This document shows, in pieces, positions 42,017 through 55,424 of a stretch of 64,000 bases of DNA. A program made the translations under genes and the position numbers. The notes under the pieces were generated by a model that was not told the origin of the DNA, searched no databases, and saw nothing but the letters and a program-made list of their open reading frames with translations. The stretch spans positions 38,564,001-38,628,000 of the forward strand of contig CM074512.1 in assembly GCA_037379345.1 (NCBI GenBank). Direction: 5' to 3'. Positions within the stretch are counted from its first letter, which is position 1. Each line of letters begins with the position of its first letter. The stretch is from Perna viridis (taxonomy: Eukaryota).

Positions 42017-42500
42017 ATACGATCTGCCAGAGCTTGCCGAAACTACGCAGACATTTTGTATCGTGCTAGAAATCTAACAAATAGGCTTCTGGAACTGGGG
42101 TATGTTGCTACAAGATTGCTGTCATCACTACAGAAGTTTTATGGACGTTATCATGAACACGTGGATCGTTATGGTGTATCTATCAGCACCATGAAAACTG
42201 ATTTATTCAACGAGTCATAGTGTTCCTTTCCTCGTTTGTCTACCCTGGACTTGACTTTTTATGAGCAACTCGGCGGGTGTTTCTAGAAAAGCAGAGGACG
42301 CTTACCCTACCGGTGCACCTGGTCCATGCTCCCAGTTTTTAGTGGAGTCCGAGTTGCTCATTTGCTTTTGTTACTTTGTATGTATGATTTCAGTTACTTT
42401 ATGTTCTTTGTTGTGTATGTTTGTTTTCCATGTCGGGTCTTTGTCCCTGGATTACATTCTTTTGATTACCGCTATAACCTTGGTTCCCTTGATTACTCTT
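42017..42500 (+). mobile_element. 5'-truncated Penelope-like retroelement: RT C-terminus plus 3' UTR
   Basis: Open frame 42017-42220 IRSARACRNYADILYRARNLTNRLLELGYVATRLLSSLQKFYGRYHEHVDRYGVSISTMKTDLFNES* resembles the PLE RT C-terminal (thumb) region. It is followed by a ~280-nt UTR repeated elsewhere in the window that ends TTGATTACTCTT. Confidence 0.8.
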
Positions 42501-45500
42501 GCACCAGTCACAACAAAAATACCAAGCTTCCTAGGGTTTCATTACATGAAATATTTGGCAAGTTTGTTAAATGTACCATCGTATCATGAAAGTTTTGTGA
42601 AATAGCATATAGATTTTTCTTTTGAAATCCAGTTTTGATACACAGTAACTCACTTTTATATATATTAGCAATAAAGATAAATCGTCAATCTAATGATCAA
42701 TGGGAGGTTGCAAATTAGCGATGTAAATTTGGTCGATAACTTATTTGGTTCGAACCGAATCTTACCGCCTGCCTTCAGTGCAACGCTCCTGACCACTAGG
42801 CCAAGAGTTAGCAAATATAAATGTTATAATGCTAAATGGAAATCCCTCTGTGCTACATATCTGCAAGTTTTAACTACTCAACGAAGTGAAAATATCATGT
42901 CTTAATTGACGTTTCATTTCATTTGTGATAACATGACATTTGCGTAGAAGATACATACACCATTCGTACGTATTCTACTTAATGATTACCAAAGTAGAGT
43001 GTACTTTTTTTTGGTTTGTACCACGATTTACCCAGAATAGAGTTTCCTTCCATTAAGATAAAAATCTTGTCTTCAATAGTTCAGCGGTCTACCGGTTCAA
43101 ATTTTTATCTTTTGATGGAGGTTGTAAAGGGCTAGTGTTTTCTTGCTTGGTTTCTGTATTTTGTTCGAATATTTGTCCCTAAACTTTTCCTTTTTGTTAA
43201 TTTCCATTCACTTTCGAGACGTAATCGTTTTAATTTAATAACTTCAGTTGGAAGTACTTCATGACAATGAATGGTCTTCAGAGAAGAGGAAAACAGGAGA
43301 AATCTTTTGCATTTACATCTTCCGGAAAACTTTTTGACTTGATGGTGCGTATTTTCTTTTGAAACATTCATAATAAATCTATTAGTTTTTTTTCCTGACG
43401 AATTGTGATGTACATACCACAGATCGTACTGTTATTTATTAAACAATCAGATGAGTGTGTGAATGAAACTAATTACTAATTACTTATTGATTACGAAATC
43501 AACATTATGTCACTAAGTGGTTTATACAAGTTTCATCTGAAAGCGTAAGATATAACGCTTTTCATAATTGCACATAATCATTTTACCAACTGAATTGGCT
43601 TATCTGTAAGGGTGTATTTAAATAGCTTTCTACCAACAAAATGTTTAATTATCAAAGAGAAGAACAATAGTAGTCATTTCTCTTTACAATCACGTTGAGT
43701 TATACGATGTTCGAATAAACACGGATTGCACTGACAAAGTGGTATGTATACTGGTTTTATATCCCGAGGACTGATTAAAATAACTTTGAATCAAATGTAA
43801 TTTTGACCATCAACATACGTAGGTCTTATCGTTTCAAGCTTTGAAAAAAATGCATGGTTTCGCAAACTTAATTTTTAACACAATTTTTAGGAAAAAAGGG
43901 TCAATCCTATTAATTTATGTGAAAATTTTGTCTAAGGTGAATACTAAGTGTAAACAACAATAATATCATGTATTTTTCTCTTATGCTGCTGATAAGAAGT
44001 TCAGACAAGTCTGACTACTCCGCTGGTGAATACCTGCAGTAAACCTTAGTCCCTCAGCAGTGGCATCGACGCAGAGGTTTTTAAAAATTGAAATACTAAA
44101 CATTTAAATATTGCAAATTTAATAAAATAAAAACATATATTATTGGCAAGGTGACAGGGGATCAATAGAATATAAATGATGTTTAAACCAGATCAGTTGC
44201 CTGGGTATTGTTTAGTATTAAAACAACACTATAACATGGCATTACGAAATCGAATATCTAAAAAAGTATGGTTAGACATCAGGCTTCATAAAATGGAAAT
44301 CAAATATCTTTATCAAACAGAAACTCATACATTGCTATCGGAAAAACACGTGAGACGAGGTTGGGTTCAACATCCACGTCTTAGTTGAATGTAATGTAAA
44401 GCGTTTTTTTTTAAACGGCTTACAAAAAAAGAATTTTTGTAGAACTAGATTTTTTTTACGTTATGTTTACTGTTCTTGTGTAATATCTAGCACCAAAGAT
44501 AAATATTATGATTTATGATAAAGACAATCGGGAGATCTTGAAATGACCGAAAAAAAGTGTTTTCTTAAAATTTACGGTGTCAATTCTTAAAAGTCCAAAT
44601 GATTTCCTAACAAAGTTGAATCTTTAAGTGTAAAAGATTCTTAGTTGAAATCAGGGGTAACAGTTGTTATAGCAATATTTCATTAGAAAAGTAAAAACAA
44701 TTACAGATTTTAAAATCTCGTGCAATTGGTCAAAACAATTGAAGTAAGTACTTAGGTTATATCTTCATGAAATTTAGACACTTCATGAAGCACATCTTCA
44801 GTACTTGCTTTCATATATCTTATACCTATGTTTGAACCAACTTCTACCAATCGAGGATAGAAATGTATTCTTACAAAATCACGCAACACACAATACACTG
44901 CATAACATTTCTAATGAAACTTACTGTCTAATTCAATTAGGAATGATGACATTAAAAGCCTCAGATAGAAAATTTTCACCAAAAGAGCTGTCATGGCTTG
45001 AGGAAATTTTATCTCCTGTTCGTGATTTATGGTGAATTAATTAGCTTGAGTTGGTGTTTTATGTAGATGTAGTTGTCATGGAAATGTTTTCATTTCTAGG
45101 GAAGATTTGTCTGGTGGACATTGATGTAAAACATTATCATATATGGACTAGACTTGATATTGATGAAATTGTTTTATCCGAGTCAAAATGTGACTCAAGA
45201 ATCACATTTTTGGGCATTTAGTACTACTTACGCATATTTTACTAAAGCAGGTTTCCACAAAAATGATATTTAGGCCACGTCGAATCAATGCATCGTTCAT
45301 TTGCTTCAACGCTTAAAATTTGTTGTCGACTAGAAATAAAAATTATCATCTTACCTTGAGTTTTTCAATAACCGCCAATGATCGATTCTGAGTTTAGAGA
45401 TGGAAATTGTGTCCCCAATGCTGATTTTGCCGTATTAATCAGTGTTATGGAATATTCAAAACCTCGACGAAGACTGTAAAAACAAACAATCAGACAAGCA

Positions 45501-46504
45501 TATTAGTGGGAAAATTACAATTAGGTCATCAAATAATGTCTAAATGTTTGAAATAATAGATAATGAGTCTTTTTTTTCCTCTGTTTACGTGGTTTGTGGT
45601 TTTTTTTTTGTATTATATTTTAGTGGTTACTCTAAAAAATGTTCCCTCGTTTTATCATAAATAACGTACTAGTAATTTCTGAGCAATATTAGAAATTATA
45701 TTTTTTTGACATTCTTACATAATATTCTAAAAAAATTAATTTTAATGAGATTTATTTCAATATACTAATTCGTCATACTTAATCAAAAGAAAAAGAAAAC
45801 AAGACAGAAGTTATTTTGGAACAAGTATAAAACCTATCTCCTCGACAGACCTATAACCGCTTCAAAATTTACTTTATTGCACTCTACTGGCTTATATTGA
45901 TATGTTGTGAAACTTACAATCCGCGACACGATGTACTGCTCTAATTATTTTGCAAAATGTGTCGGGGTTTAATGATTGAATGTTTAGCAATCTTGTTACA
46001 CAGAGAACTTTTTCCTTTATCAATATGTTGGGTTAAAGAAATAGTAAAGACCCTAATGTTGTTGCTTCAGAAAAACAAATATAAAACATTGCACCCGCAA
46101 CTATCACTAGCACGTAGAAAATATCAACAAATCGTACTCACTCTTTTAAAGTACACATTATTTATGCTTATTTTTGCATCTGCTGGGCCAAATGTATCAA
46201 CTCAGACGTCAGAACTATTTAAATTGATTATTTCATAGGCTGTGTAACGAAACTTGCAATATATCTAAAACATTGAGGCAATATTTTATTGCACATGAAA
46301 GAATTTCCCGTCGCTTGATTTGGCTTCTTATTTCGATTGGTTGTTTTGTTTTAAAAACATTTAAAATTATTTTTTGGTCTCGGTCTTTCCGTGTTTTTGT
46401 TTTAAAGCTACTGATGAGAGATTATTTTTTTACACTGAACGCGAAATCACTAGAATTAAGATTCGAGCAGAAAAGAAAAAAAAACATATATTCCAATGAT
46501 AAAG

Positions 46505-46630
46505 ACTAGACGGGAAAAATAGACACACACAACAAAGGACATGCAATAATCCACAGACCACGTACAAAGAAACAAACGTAAATTAGCAACTCGGACTCCA
46601 ATAAAAACTGGGAGCATGGACTAGGTGCAT
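46505..46630 (-). mobile_element. Internal fragment of the same element
   Basis: AGCAACTCGGACTCCAATAAAAACTGGGAGCATGGACTAGGTGCA is the complement of 42314-42358. Confidence 0.7.
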
Positions 46631-47094
46631 TACGAGGGTTGCAATTTTTATTACGATTGTTGTTTTTGTTTTTCGTTTTCTTTTTTGTATTACATTCTCA
46701 TTGAAATAAAAATTAACCGGGATAGCATTCAAATACAAAAAAAATACTGAGATATATTATTCATTCTAATATATCATACCTTCACAATATTGTCCAAAAA
46801 TGTAAAATGAAATAAGCGAAATATGCAAGAACATTCAAAGCTTCAATATGTATTTTGTTTAAGTAAACGACTTACTGTGCAGAATGAAAATTCAAATTAA
46901 AACAACAACCAATATCAGCAGCTTTTCGCGTTTCATATTTAGCATTCTCGGTGCTGACGTCAAAAACACTTGACAAGTAACGACGACAAATGTTCCATTA
47001 ATGAACAATTATGTTAGTAGTTTAACACACTCATTTAATCTCAATTGGTGCCTTTTTCTTTGTTTCTGAAGGAAAACATATTTTGGCGGTTCTG

Positions 47095-47436
47095 CGTGGA
47101 TCGTTATGGTGTATCCATCTGCACCATGAAAACTGGTTTATTCAACGGGTCTTAGTTTTCCTTTCCTCGTTTGTCTACCTCGGAATTGACTTTTTATGAG
47201 CAACTCGACGGGTGTTTCTAGAAAAGCAGAGGACGCTTACCCTACCGGTGCACCTGGTCCATGCTCCCAGTTTTTAGTGGAGTCTGTGTTGCTCATTTGC
47301 TTTTGTTACTTTGTATGTATGATTTTATTTACTTTATGTTCTTTGTTGTGTATGTTTGTTTTCCATGTCGGGTCTTTGTCTCTGGATTATATTCTTTTGA
47401 TTACCGCTATAAACTTGGTTCCCTTGATTACTCTTT
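47095..47436 (+). mobile_element. 5'-truncated copy of the same Penelope-like element
   Basis: Near-identical to ~42160-42500 (paired ORF-track entries 47196/42261) with the same 3' end. Confidence 0.85.
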
Positions 47437-50402
47437 GAACCCCAGAAAAGTATTATTCAATATAATATTACCCTGCAAATTCACACATTTTTACTATTGA
47501 CACAGTATGATCTAAGCAAGACATGCTCTTGCATTATTCATCCTTGGTGGACTGTTTTATTTATATTTCAATGTTACATTCACATTCATAATCGCGTACT
47601 GGAACAAATGTTTTGTCGTTCCCTCCGCGGGACTCGAACTAAACAAATAAAAGGAATTTAAACTTTGCTTGCATGAATTGTTTGCATAAATGTAAACAAA
47701 ATGAAGCTGTATTGAAGCTTTTTTCATGACCATCAAATATACATTGGTTTCTTCAAGACTTTAAAGGAACCCATAAGATTAAATTGAAACGGACACTTAA
47801 GTATATAACAACCTTGATAGAAACCTATATAGATGTATTTGATAATTCAGGGAGAAAAATAACAGATAATTGAACGGAACAATGAATCGGCGCCACCGAG
47901 GAATAAATTCGAGAAGTCCACTTCTTGTGTAATTAGTTAAACGTACCATATGGTGGACATGAGTCATTATTTCATTAACCGATATATACAAATAAGGCAT
48001 GGTGAAATCATTTAGCTACACTTATTTATATTTTGAGATTTTTTCTGTCCTTAAATCCTGCATCAATAAAAAGCGCTGAATAGTGCATTGTAATTAATAA
48101 AACAAGCGGCACAGATAAACATCTTGAAATTATTGCTTCTCAGTCGTGATCTCTAATGTTGGCTTTTCATTTTATTTCATAAATCAACGAAGATTGATTG
48201 TAAGGCTTCTTCATAGAGATATTATCTAGATTGACTTAACTTATTAATATTCAATGTGAAATTCTTCAACCAGGAACAAGTGGTTAAATTAGATTAGCAA
48301 GGTTGTCAATAGAGGCAGAAAAATCAAACAATAATCTCGAAATGCCTGTCTTCTACAAGAAATTTTATCCCATGTACTTGAGTTATGGTTTATAAATTAG
48401 ATTTGCGGAGCGGTTACGTAGGAGTAAGAAGAATTTTAGCTGCAATATATTTCAAGATCGTACAAATCATGAATATATGTGTATTAAAAGGCACTTTGTT
48501 ATTTTCAGAAGCTCATAATACTCCTTGTATTTTCGATGATTTAAGACTTTTTCAAAGACGTTCAACCTACTGTAAGGAACTTTTATTGCGTAATATTACG
48601 TTTGGTAAAACAACTTCTTTGAAGCAATATCCATTACATTTGCAAAAACAAAGGAGTGTCATTAATTATAAATATTATAACATTAACTTTTTTTTATTTT
48701 CAACCTTAACCTTTAATTATGGACCCGTTTTACTGTAAAATTACATGGTATTGAATCTTTTAAGTTTATTTTTGTTTTGGCCTCCAAAACAAGTTGATTT
48801 CAATTCTCATTCAACGTCTACAAATTAATTAAAGAATTGGTAGTAAGACATTTGAAAGTTCACTGACTGACTGTGACTCCTACGTTACGTGTCGGATTCA
48901 ATTATCAGACCAAAATACCTTTAAATAAAGCAAAATTTTGATGTAAGAGATGTCTTATTTTTGAAAATACGGAAGGTTTTCCTGGCAACTTGTGTATAAT
49001 TAGAAATGCCTCTTATCTTCTAATAATAGAGGAAGTCACATCATCTCTAAACCATTTCTAGGTAAGGTTTCACTGAAATGAATATTTGTGCTCTCGGGGG
49101 TTATTTCATTTTATTTTATTTATTTTGTATTTTCCCTGATTAATAAATGCAAATTTGCTGTGGGGCTTTTTCCGCATCAATGACAACTTATAAAACCAAT
49201 AACCAACATGCGCACGTTTTAATACTTTCGAATAAGATATTTTTAAAAAAACAAAAGTGCAGATAGCAATGCCTTTTGCTATTTGTAAAAGTGTTAGATT
49301 ATTCAGTACATAAATCAAACGTTGGATGTATTTTACTGACAAAATCATATATTTTGGAATATAATGTTATTCAAATAGTTTTGCAGATTTAAACTTATCC
49401 GTATTTCATTATTTAAGGACCAAATACATTCTTCGCTGTAAGAAGTTGATGTACAACTTGATAATTGTTGTTAGTAACTGAGTTACAGGTTACTGATTTA
49501 GAATTTCGTATTACCTTCAACTTGCATATAGGAATATTCCAAACAAGAGTTCTATGAAGATTTGAAACTGCTCACCCGCCAATATCTGGCTCCAATGCTA
49601 CAAAATTATATAAATAATTTTAATCTGACAAGTTTGTGTTGTATCTTACCATATCGGCGAACCTTGTCCATGCTCCTAGTTTTTAGTGCAGTACGGATTG
49701 CTCATTTACTTTTGTGTCTTTGTAGATGTAATTATGATTATTTCAATGTCTTTGTTGTTTATGTCAATTTTCCTCTGTTAAGTTTTTATCCTTGGAATAT
49801 ATTATTTTGGTTACCGCTTGATACCCCCTTTAGTACTATTATCCCGCTTGTGCAAGTATAAAGCAAAAATCGAACGTTGCAATATTTATGTATGATTGAT
49901 ATTTTTGTATTCATATGATATGCATCAACTGATCATTTTGAATAAAAACACACTTAGGTGGACTTTGCCAGGCTAGAGTCATGCCTTATAGTACAATTTA
50001 TAATACAAATGTATATACAACAGACGGACAGCTTTACTATATTCTAAACATATATTAGATAATATAATTGTAACTATCTGAATATCCAACATACGTAATG
50101 ATAAGAATGAAATGTAATAAACAAGAAAGAAACTGAAGTATGATGATTTCATCTTATGAACAGCACCTATGCATTCCGCTGATGGTATTACCATTAAGTT
50201 GATGAAAAGAATCATTTTCGTTTATTGAAGGCACGTACTGTCTTCCACATATTATTCACTTTTAATTTGACAGGGTTCTGTATTCATGTCTTGTTGATTA
50301 AAAAGGATTTTTGGTGAATGATGCATTGATCAGACAATATGAGTATGAACTCAATTATTGACCTTTCTAGCTACTTGTCTAACGGTGTGTGAGTTCTACA
50401 AG

Positions 50403-50540
50403 NNNNNNNNNNNNNNNNNNNNNNNNNNNNNNNNNNNNNNNNNNNNNNNNNNNNNNNNNNNNNNNNNNNNNNNNNNNNNNNNNNNNNNNNNNNNNNNNNN
50501 NNNNNNNNNNNNNNNNNNNNNNNNNNNNNNNNNNNNNNNN
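50403..50540. other. Assembly gap
   Basis: Run of N. Confidence 0.99.
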
Positions 50541-50894
50541 CGTTGTATTTCTCTGGATTTCTTTGACTGAAAAGGAGACGCTTGTTTCATGAGCTATGGT
50601 GCACACAGCCTAACACTTATGGTTGCAGTATGAATGTGATTGTAGTTTTCCTCTTCCTACATGGATGATTTGAAAATTTTATATTATAAAGAATAATAAA
50701 AACTGAGAAACATTCTCTTTAGAGTGTAATTCATTGCTTTCTGTAATCAACTGATTTGAATGTAATATTTTTTCTTCGAAAATTTTTCTATGGAAGATTA
50801 TCTCTTGAAGCGGTTTTACTCCGCATGTAACCTCACATCCTACCATGCCATACAAATTGGTTTGTAAAAATTTAGCACTTAGAACAATTTTTAT

Positions 50895-51086
50895 NNNNNN
50901 NNNNNNNNNNNNNNNNNNNNNNNNNNNNNNNNNNNNNNNNNNNNNNNNNNNNNNNNNNNNNNNNNNNNNNNNNNNNNNNNNNNNNNNNNNNNNNNNNNNN
51001 NNNNNNNNNNNNNNNNNNNNNNNNNNNNNNNNNNNNNNNNNNNNNNNNNNNNNNNNNNNNNNNNNNNNNNNNNNNNNNNNNNNNNN
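50895..51086. other. Assembly gap
   Basis: Run of N. Confidence 0.99.
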
Positions 51087-51104
51087 TATGAATTGGTCTA
51101 ATCA

Positions 51105-51425
51105 AGCGAACATCTGCTACTTCATAAATTTCAAGACGAGTACGTTTGATCAATCAAACAGTCCGTGCTTAGTCGATACGCTTGGTCTGATTTTTATTTT
51201 GCTATCCTAACGAAGTAACAGCCTGCAAGTATGTATGTCACCTCACTCGGACATATCATTCTGACTCTTAACCAGCCAATCATCACTTTATCTCCTATAT
51301 ACCGCGTGATTGACAGAGAATCAGTGGACTCCGATTTTAAGTCTGTTGTGTTACTCCGTGATGAGTCGAATCCATGACCTCCCGAGCTCGAGGCGAGAAT
51401 GCTACCACGTGACCACTGAGGGGAT
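51105..51425 (-). mobile_element. tRNA-derived SINE with a conserved central domain
   Basis: Minus strand has A-box-like GTGGTCACGTGGTAG and B-box GGATTCGACTC. The central block CTCGGACATATCATTCTGACTC...CCAGCCAA is shared with decayed copies at ~9020-9260 (-), ~13410-13615 (+) and ~63910-64000 (+). Confidence 0.6.
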
Positions 51426-53742
51426 TAGGTGTAATCAAATAACCTCCACACAAAATAAGGACTATAAACCATCCAAGATAAGAAATTTGGCAATAAATTA
51501 ATTTTTTTTACCAAATACTTGGATTTTTTATAATTTATTTTCTAATGGGCAAAACACTGCTAATAACTTCTGCAGAATGAAATTATTTCTTTAAGTTTAC
51601 ATTTTCGATACTTGAATTGTTACTTACTTCTATGCAATAAGATTTTGATTTTTTACTGAATGATATGAAAAGCTAAAAAATCGATTTATATTTCAATGAT
51701 ACCCAATAACTTCATTTCTGTTTATTATAATGGAGTTCAACTGAAGCTAGTATAGTATAAGAAGTTGTTATTCTAAGCAATTTATTACTAATTTGTTTTT
51801 GGGAAATCAATGGCAATATTTTCCTAATCATACATTTCAATTATAAAGACTAAAACTACTGTTGTAACTACGAAATTAAGGCATTCATAGAATCATTCAA
51901 CGCGAATGGGTGTAAGAATGTCATCTTTTCTTGAAAATTGTCAATTTATTTTAAAATACATGGGTTGCGATAAATATAAATTCTTTGAGCGGTGTCATGT
52001 TAATTTTCTTTTGATAGACTTTGTGAATGACTGTTAATTTAAAGTAAAACAGTACAGAAAAATATTAGCTCATACATAACTCATAAGGGTTCGTTTTTCA
52101 ACTTTAATTCAAGCTCTTTTAAGTTGTAAAGTTCGTGACGAAATGTTTTTTTAAGGCGTGAAGATTGGTTTTGCCATAAAGAATATATGCTGAAAAGTAG
52201 AGATTGTTATTTACTGTAAGTATGACTTCATCCAACGCAGGTCGCAAAAATATTGATTGAAAAAGTATTTAGGTTAAGACTGCCAAAAATGCCATTTTTG
52301 AGAGAAATGTTATGGACTATTGAATAATATTGTCACTAAAAGTGAAGAACAATGGCATTTCTTGGAACAAGCCAACGACGTATAATTATTTTTTAGTGAC
52401 TAAATGTATTTTTCATCAATACCTGATCAGTCTTCCTCTTTGTATTAAGAATACAAATGTAAAATATTCAATACCATCAAATGAAAAAGTCATTTTAGGA
52501 AACTAAAACTGATTAAACCGGCTCTTAGTTTCTGTTCAGTCGATAGTTAAAAATTAATCTATCATGACACTAAGAAAACTGTTTTCGAGAGGATTTCTTT
52601 TTTATCAAAATTAGTATATTGATATTTCCAAGTAAAACCAATTTAGGTAAAAACATGTAAAATACGAATGATGTTATGAAAATCATCAAGTTTATGATAT
52701 TGAGTTGGTGATCCGATGATAAAAAACATCTTCAAAAGTAACTCTTACTCATGAAATATGGTCAAATATATTTCCGTCTTATCATTTGGTCGTAATAGGG
52801 GTTATTTCATTAGACAATTACTTCATAAAATAACTTGTTCTTTTTGTCTTTCATACAAAGAATGACATAAGAATTTGTTTGATGAGAATCGTTGTGTTGT
52901 GTTCACTTCCTGGTTCTTGGCTGTTGTGAAAAATTCGATAGTTAATGAAAACAATAGGTCTTACCCTGAAGAAGGCTTACTTTCTATTGCTGTGGTTCCA
53001 GACAGGTGTTTTCTAGAGTAGTTCTAGTGATCATAAATAAAATGTACAATGACAAAAAATATTTCATACTCTTAGAAATGAAAACTTGTAAAAAGTTGTA
53101 AGAGCGATCATAAATATGTGTAAAGTAAAAATGATATCATGTCTATATTGATATCTTGCTTTTTATTTTAATTTCCATTTTCAGTGTCGTAAATATTGAT
53201 GATACTACCATATTAAGTGAATTACTTCTCTTTCGTTTTTTTTTTTTTTCGTATAAACTTATTTTATGTTTATTTTCTTAAACAATTGCCTCCATTAAAT
53301 CGGTGATAAATAAAGATAATTATTTTTTTTATATTTAAAAGCCTTATCAAAGTATGTACCTGTAACTGCAGTTGTGTTCATAACTCTGTGTTTTTAGAAG
53401 TTTATATTTAAAGGTGAATAAACTGTAACCACTGTTGATTGGGTAATCAATGGAACTATGATTCGAATAGTAATGAAAAAAGAACATGATCCATGGATAG
53501 GCACTAGACACAAAACAAAAGAACATATAATATCCTAAATAACACGTTCCGGTCGAGTTGCTAAAGTCGGCAATATATCTGGTATGCCATGGAAGATGAA
53601 ACCTATAACGTATGGACTGAATCTATCCTCAAAGTGGAGATGGACAAACCAAATTAATCGATAAGTTCAGGACAGCATTAATCGATATATGCATTACATG
53701 TAGACAGATTAATTTTTTATGTGAATTTCTTCATGGAACATA

Positions 53743-53871
53743 TGAAGTTGTTTCATGAAAGCAGGTGAGGCTTGAAGTTGGTTCAAGAAAGCAGGTGAGG
53801 CTTGAAGTTGGTTCAGGAAAGCAGGTGAGGCTTGAGGCTTGAAGTTGGTTCTGGAAAACAGGTGAGGCTTG
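53743..53871. repeat. 30-bp minisatellite, 4 units
   Basis: TGAAGTTGGTTCAAGAAAGCAGGTGAGGCT x4, with a 7-bp GAGGCTT duplication between units 3 and 4. Confidence 0.92.
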
Positions 53872-54401
53872 TCGACGGAATATCTGGTACATACCATACA
53901 GTGTGTAAAGCATTTTAGGAAAGAAACACACATTCATAAGTATTAATTATGATTTTGTTTCAAAAAACATGTAAAATATAGTGAAATATTTGACGTGTTT
54001 ATGAGGAAAAAAATCATACCACACGTGAAAAATGTAACAATCGATATTAGAAATCGTGCATGTATACACATTCATGGAAGAGGTAGTTTTGATTTTATTC
54101 TATCATTTTGTACAATTTTCCACAATATGTTTGTACTTCCAATACACTTTTTATATGAATTGAAATTTTGATTTGTTTAAAAAGATTTCGTTTCGGAGAG
54201 GGTTGACGTCATATGCTTAGTAGAAAGAAATGTTTCTAGAAAACTTTTATTTGAATTAGTTTTGCCAATCTAATACTAAATACTTTTGTCCTTGTTGTTT
54301 CCTTTTTTGTAATTGGGATTGGTGATATAAAATGTATCTCCTGTTCACATTAATTATTACAATGAATTTAAGTATCATTTTAACGTGTTAGTATATATTA
54401 G

Positions 54402-54792
54402 AAAGAGTAATCAAAAGAACCAAAATTCTACCGGAAATCAAAAGAAAGCAATCCAGGGACAAAGACCAGATAGGAAAACAGACACTCACAACAAAGAACA
54501 TAAAATAACTAAAAAATAATACAAAGTAACAGAAGTAAATGAGCAACTCTGACTCCACTTAAAACTGGGAGCATGGGCAGCCCCCGGTGGTTGGGTAAGC
54601 GTCCTATACTTTTCTAGGAACACTCACCGAGTTACTCATAAAAAGGTGAAGGCCGGAATACACGAAAGAGGAAAGGAAAACTGTGAAACGGAGAATTAAT
54701 TGGTATACACCGTAACGACCCACGAGTTCATGATGTCGACCATAAAACTTCTGTAGTGGTAGTGGTGACTTCAATCTTGTAGCAACATAACC
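54402..54792 (-). mobile_element. 5'-truncated copy of the same Penelope-like element
   Basis: Reverse complement aligns to ~42100-42500; starts AAAGAGTAATCAA, the complement of the shared 3' end. Confidence 0.8.
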
Positions 54793-55424
54793 GTGTTGAC
54801 TATATAGGAAGTATATGTATTCCTTTCATCCTATTAAAGCTATGTTTCTTGCATTTTACAATTCAATGTTCTATTCCATTGTACCGACTTACTTATGATC
54901 TACATCTTTACTGATTGTGGTAAATTTAGACTAAAATATGCAATCTAATTTGCTTATCATACACCTCTTTTTAAACTAAGATGAATAAAGATAACGCTCA
55001 ATTCATTTCACAAGAAAACATAACAGATTATGGAAAAGTTTTCAGTGGTTACATTACAGTTGTATTACATAAGATAATCAATATTTGCTGCTTAACTCTT
55101 TTTTGAAGTCTATTCTGTCTGGTCACATGCAACATTGAAACTAATACTTAAAGCTGAAGTGACTTAATTAAATGATATATGAAATTGTATAATGTGGTAA
55201 ATTCATTACAAATTTCGAATACGAGGCTGTATGAACAGTACAATTACTATCATTTATATTACATTTTTAAGTTGTTTGTTTGCCCTCAAACATCATTATA
55301 CACAGGTATAGCGTAACAGTTGCCACTGTATATCCTTTTAAGTCCAGCAACATAAATGTAAACTGGAAGTGAAAACGAAACGAACCATACAGATGCCAGA
55401 CATTACGGACTTGGGACAGGCGCA

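Noticed and set aside
42261-42605. Paired ORFs MSNSAGVSRKAEDAYPTG... (also at 47196) looking like a duplicated small membrane-protein gene
   Set aside because: They lie in the 3' UTR of the Penelope-like repeat, downstream of the RT stop; the hydrophobicity comes from T-richness.
43132-43371. Minus ORF with RLRLESEW...RTKY faintly like a GIY-YIG C-terminus
   Set aside because: No GIY/YIG core or adjacent RT seen; similarity too weak without an HMM search.
45355-45473. Minus-strand segment with good acceptor and donor upstream of globin B (also a donor at ~52965, and CG|GTAAGT at 3250 upstream of globin A)
   Set aside because: All frames closed. They could be 5' UTR exons but cannot be supported without transcript data.
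53709-53937. CRISPR-like array or repeat-protein ORFs
   Set aside because: Head-to-tail 30-bp units with no unique spacers; eukaryotic context; ORFs are by-products of the repeat.
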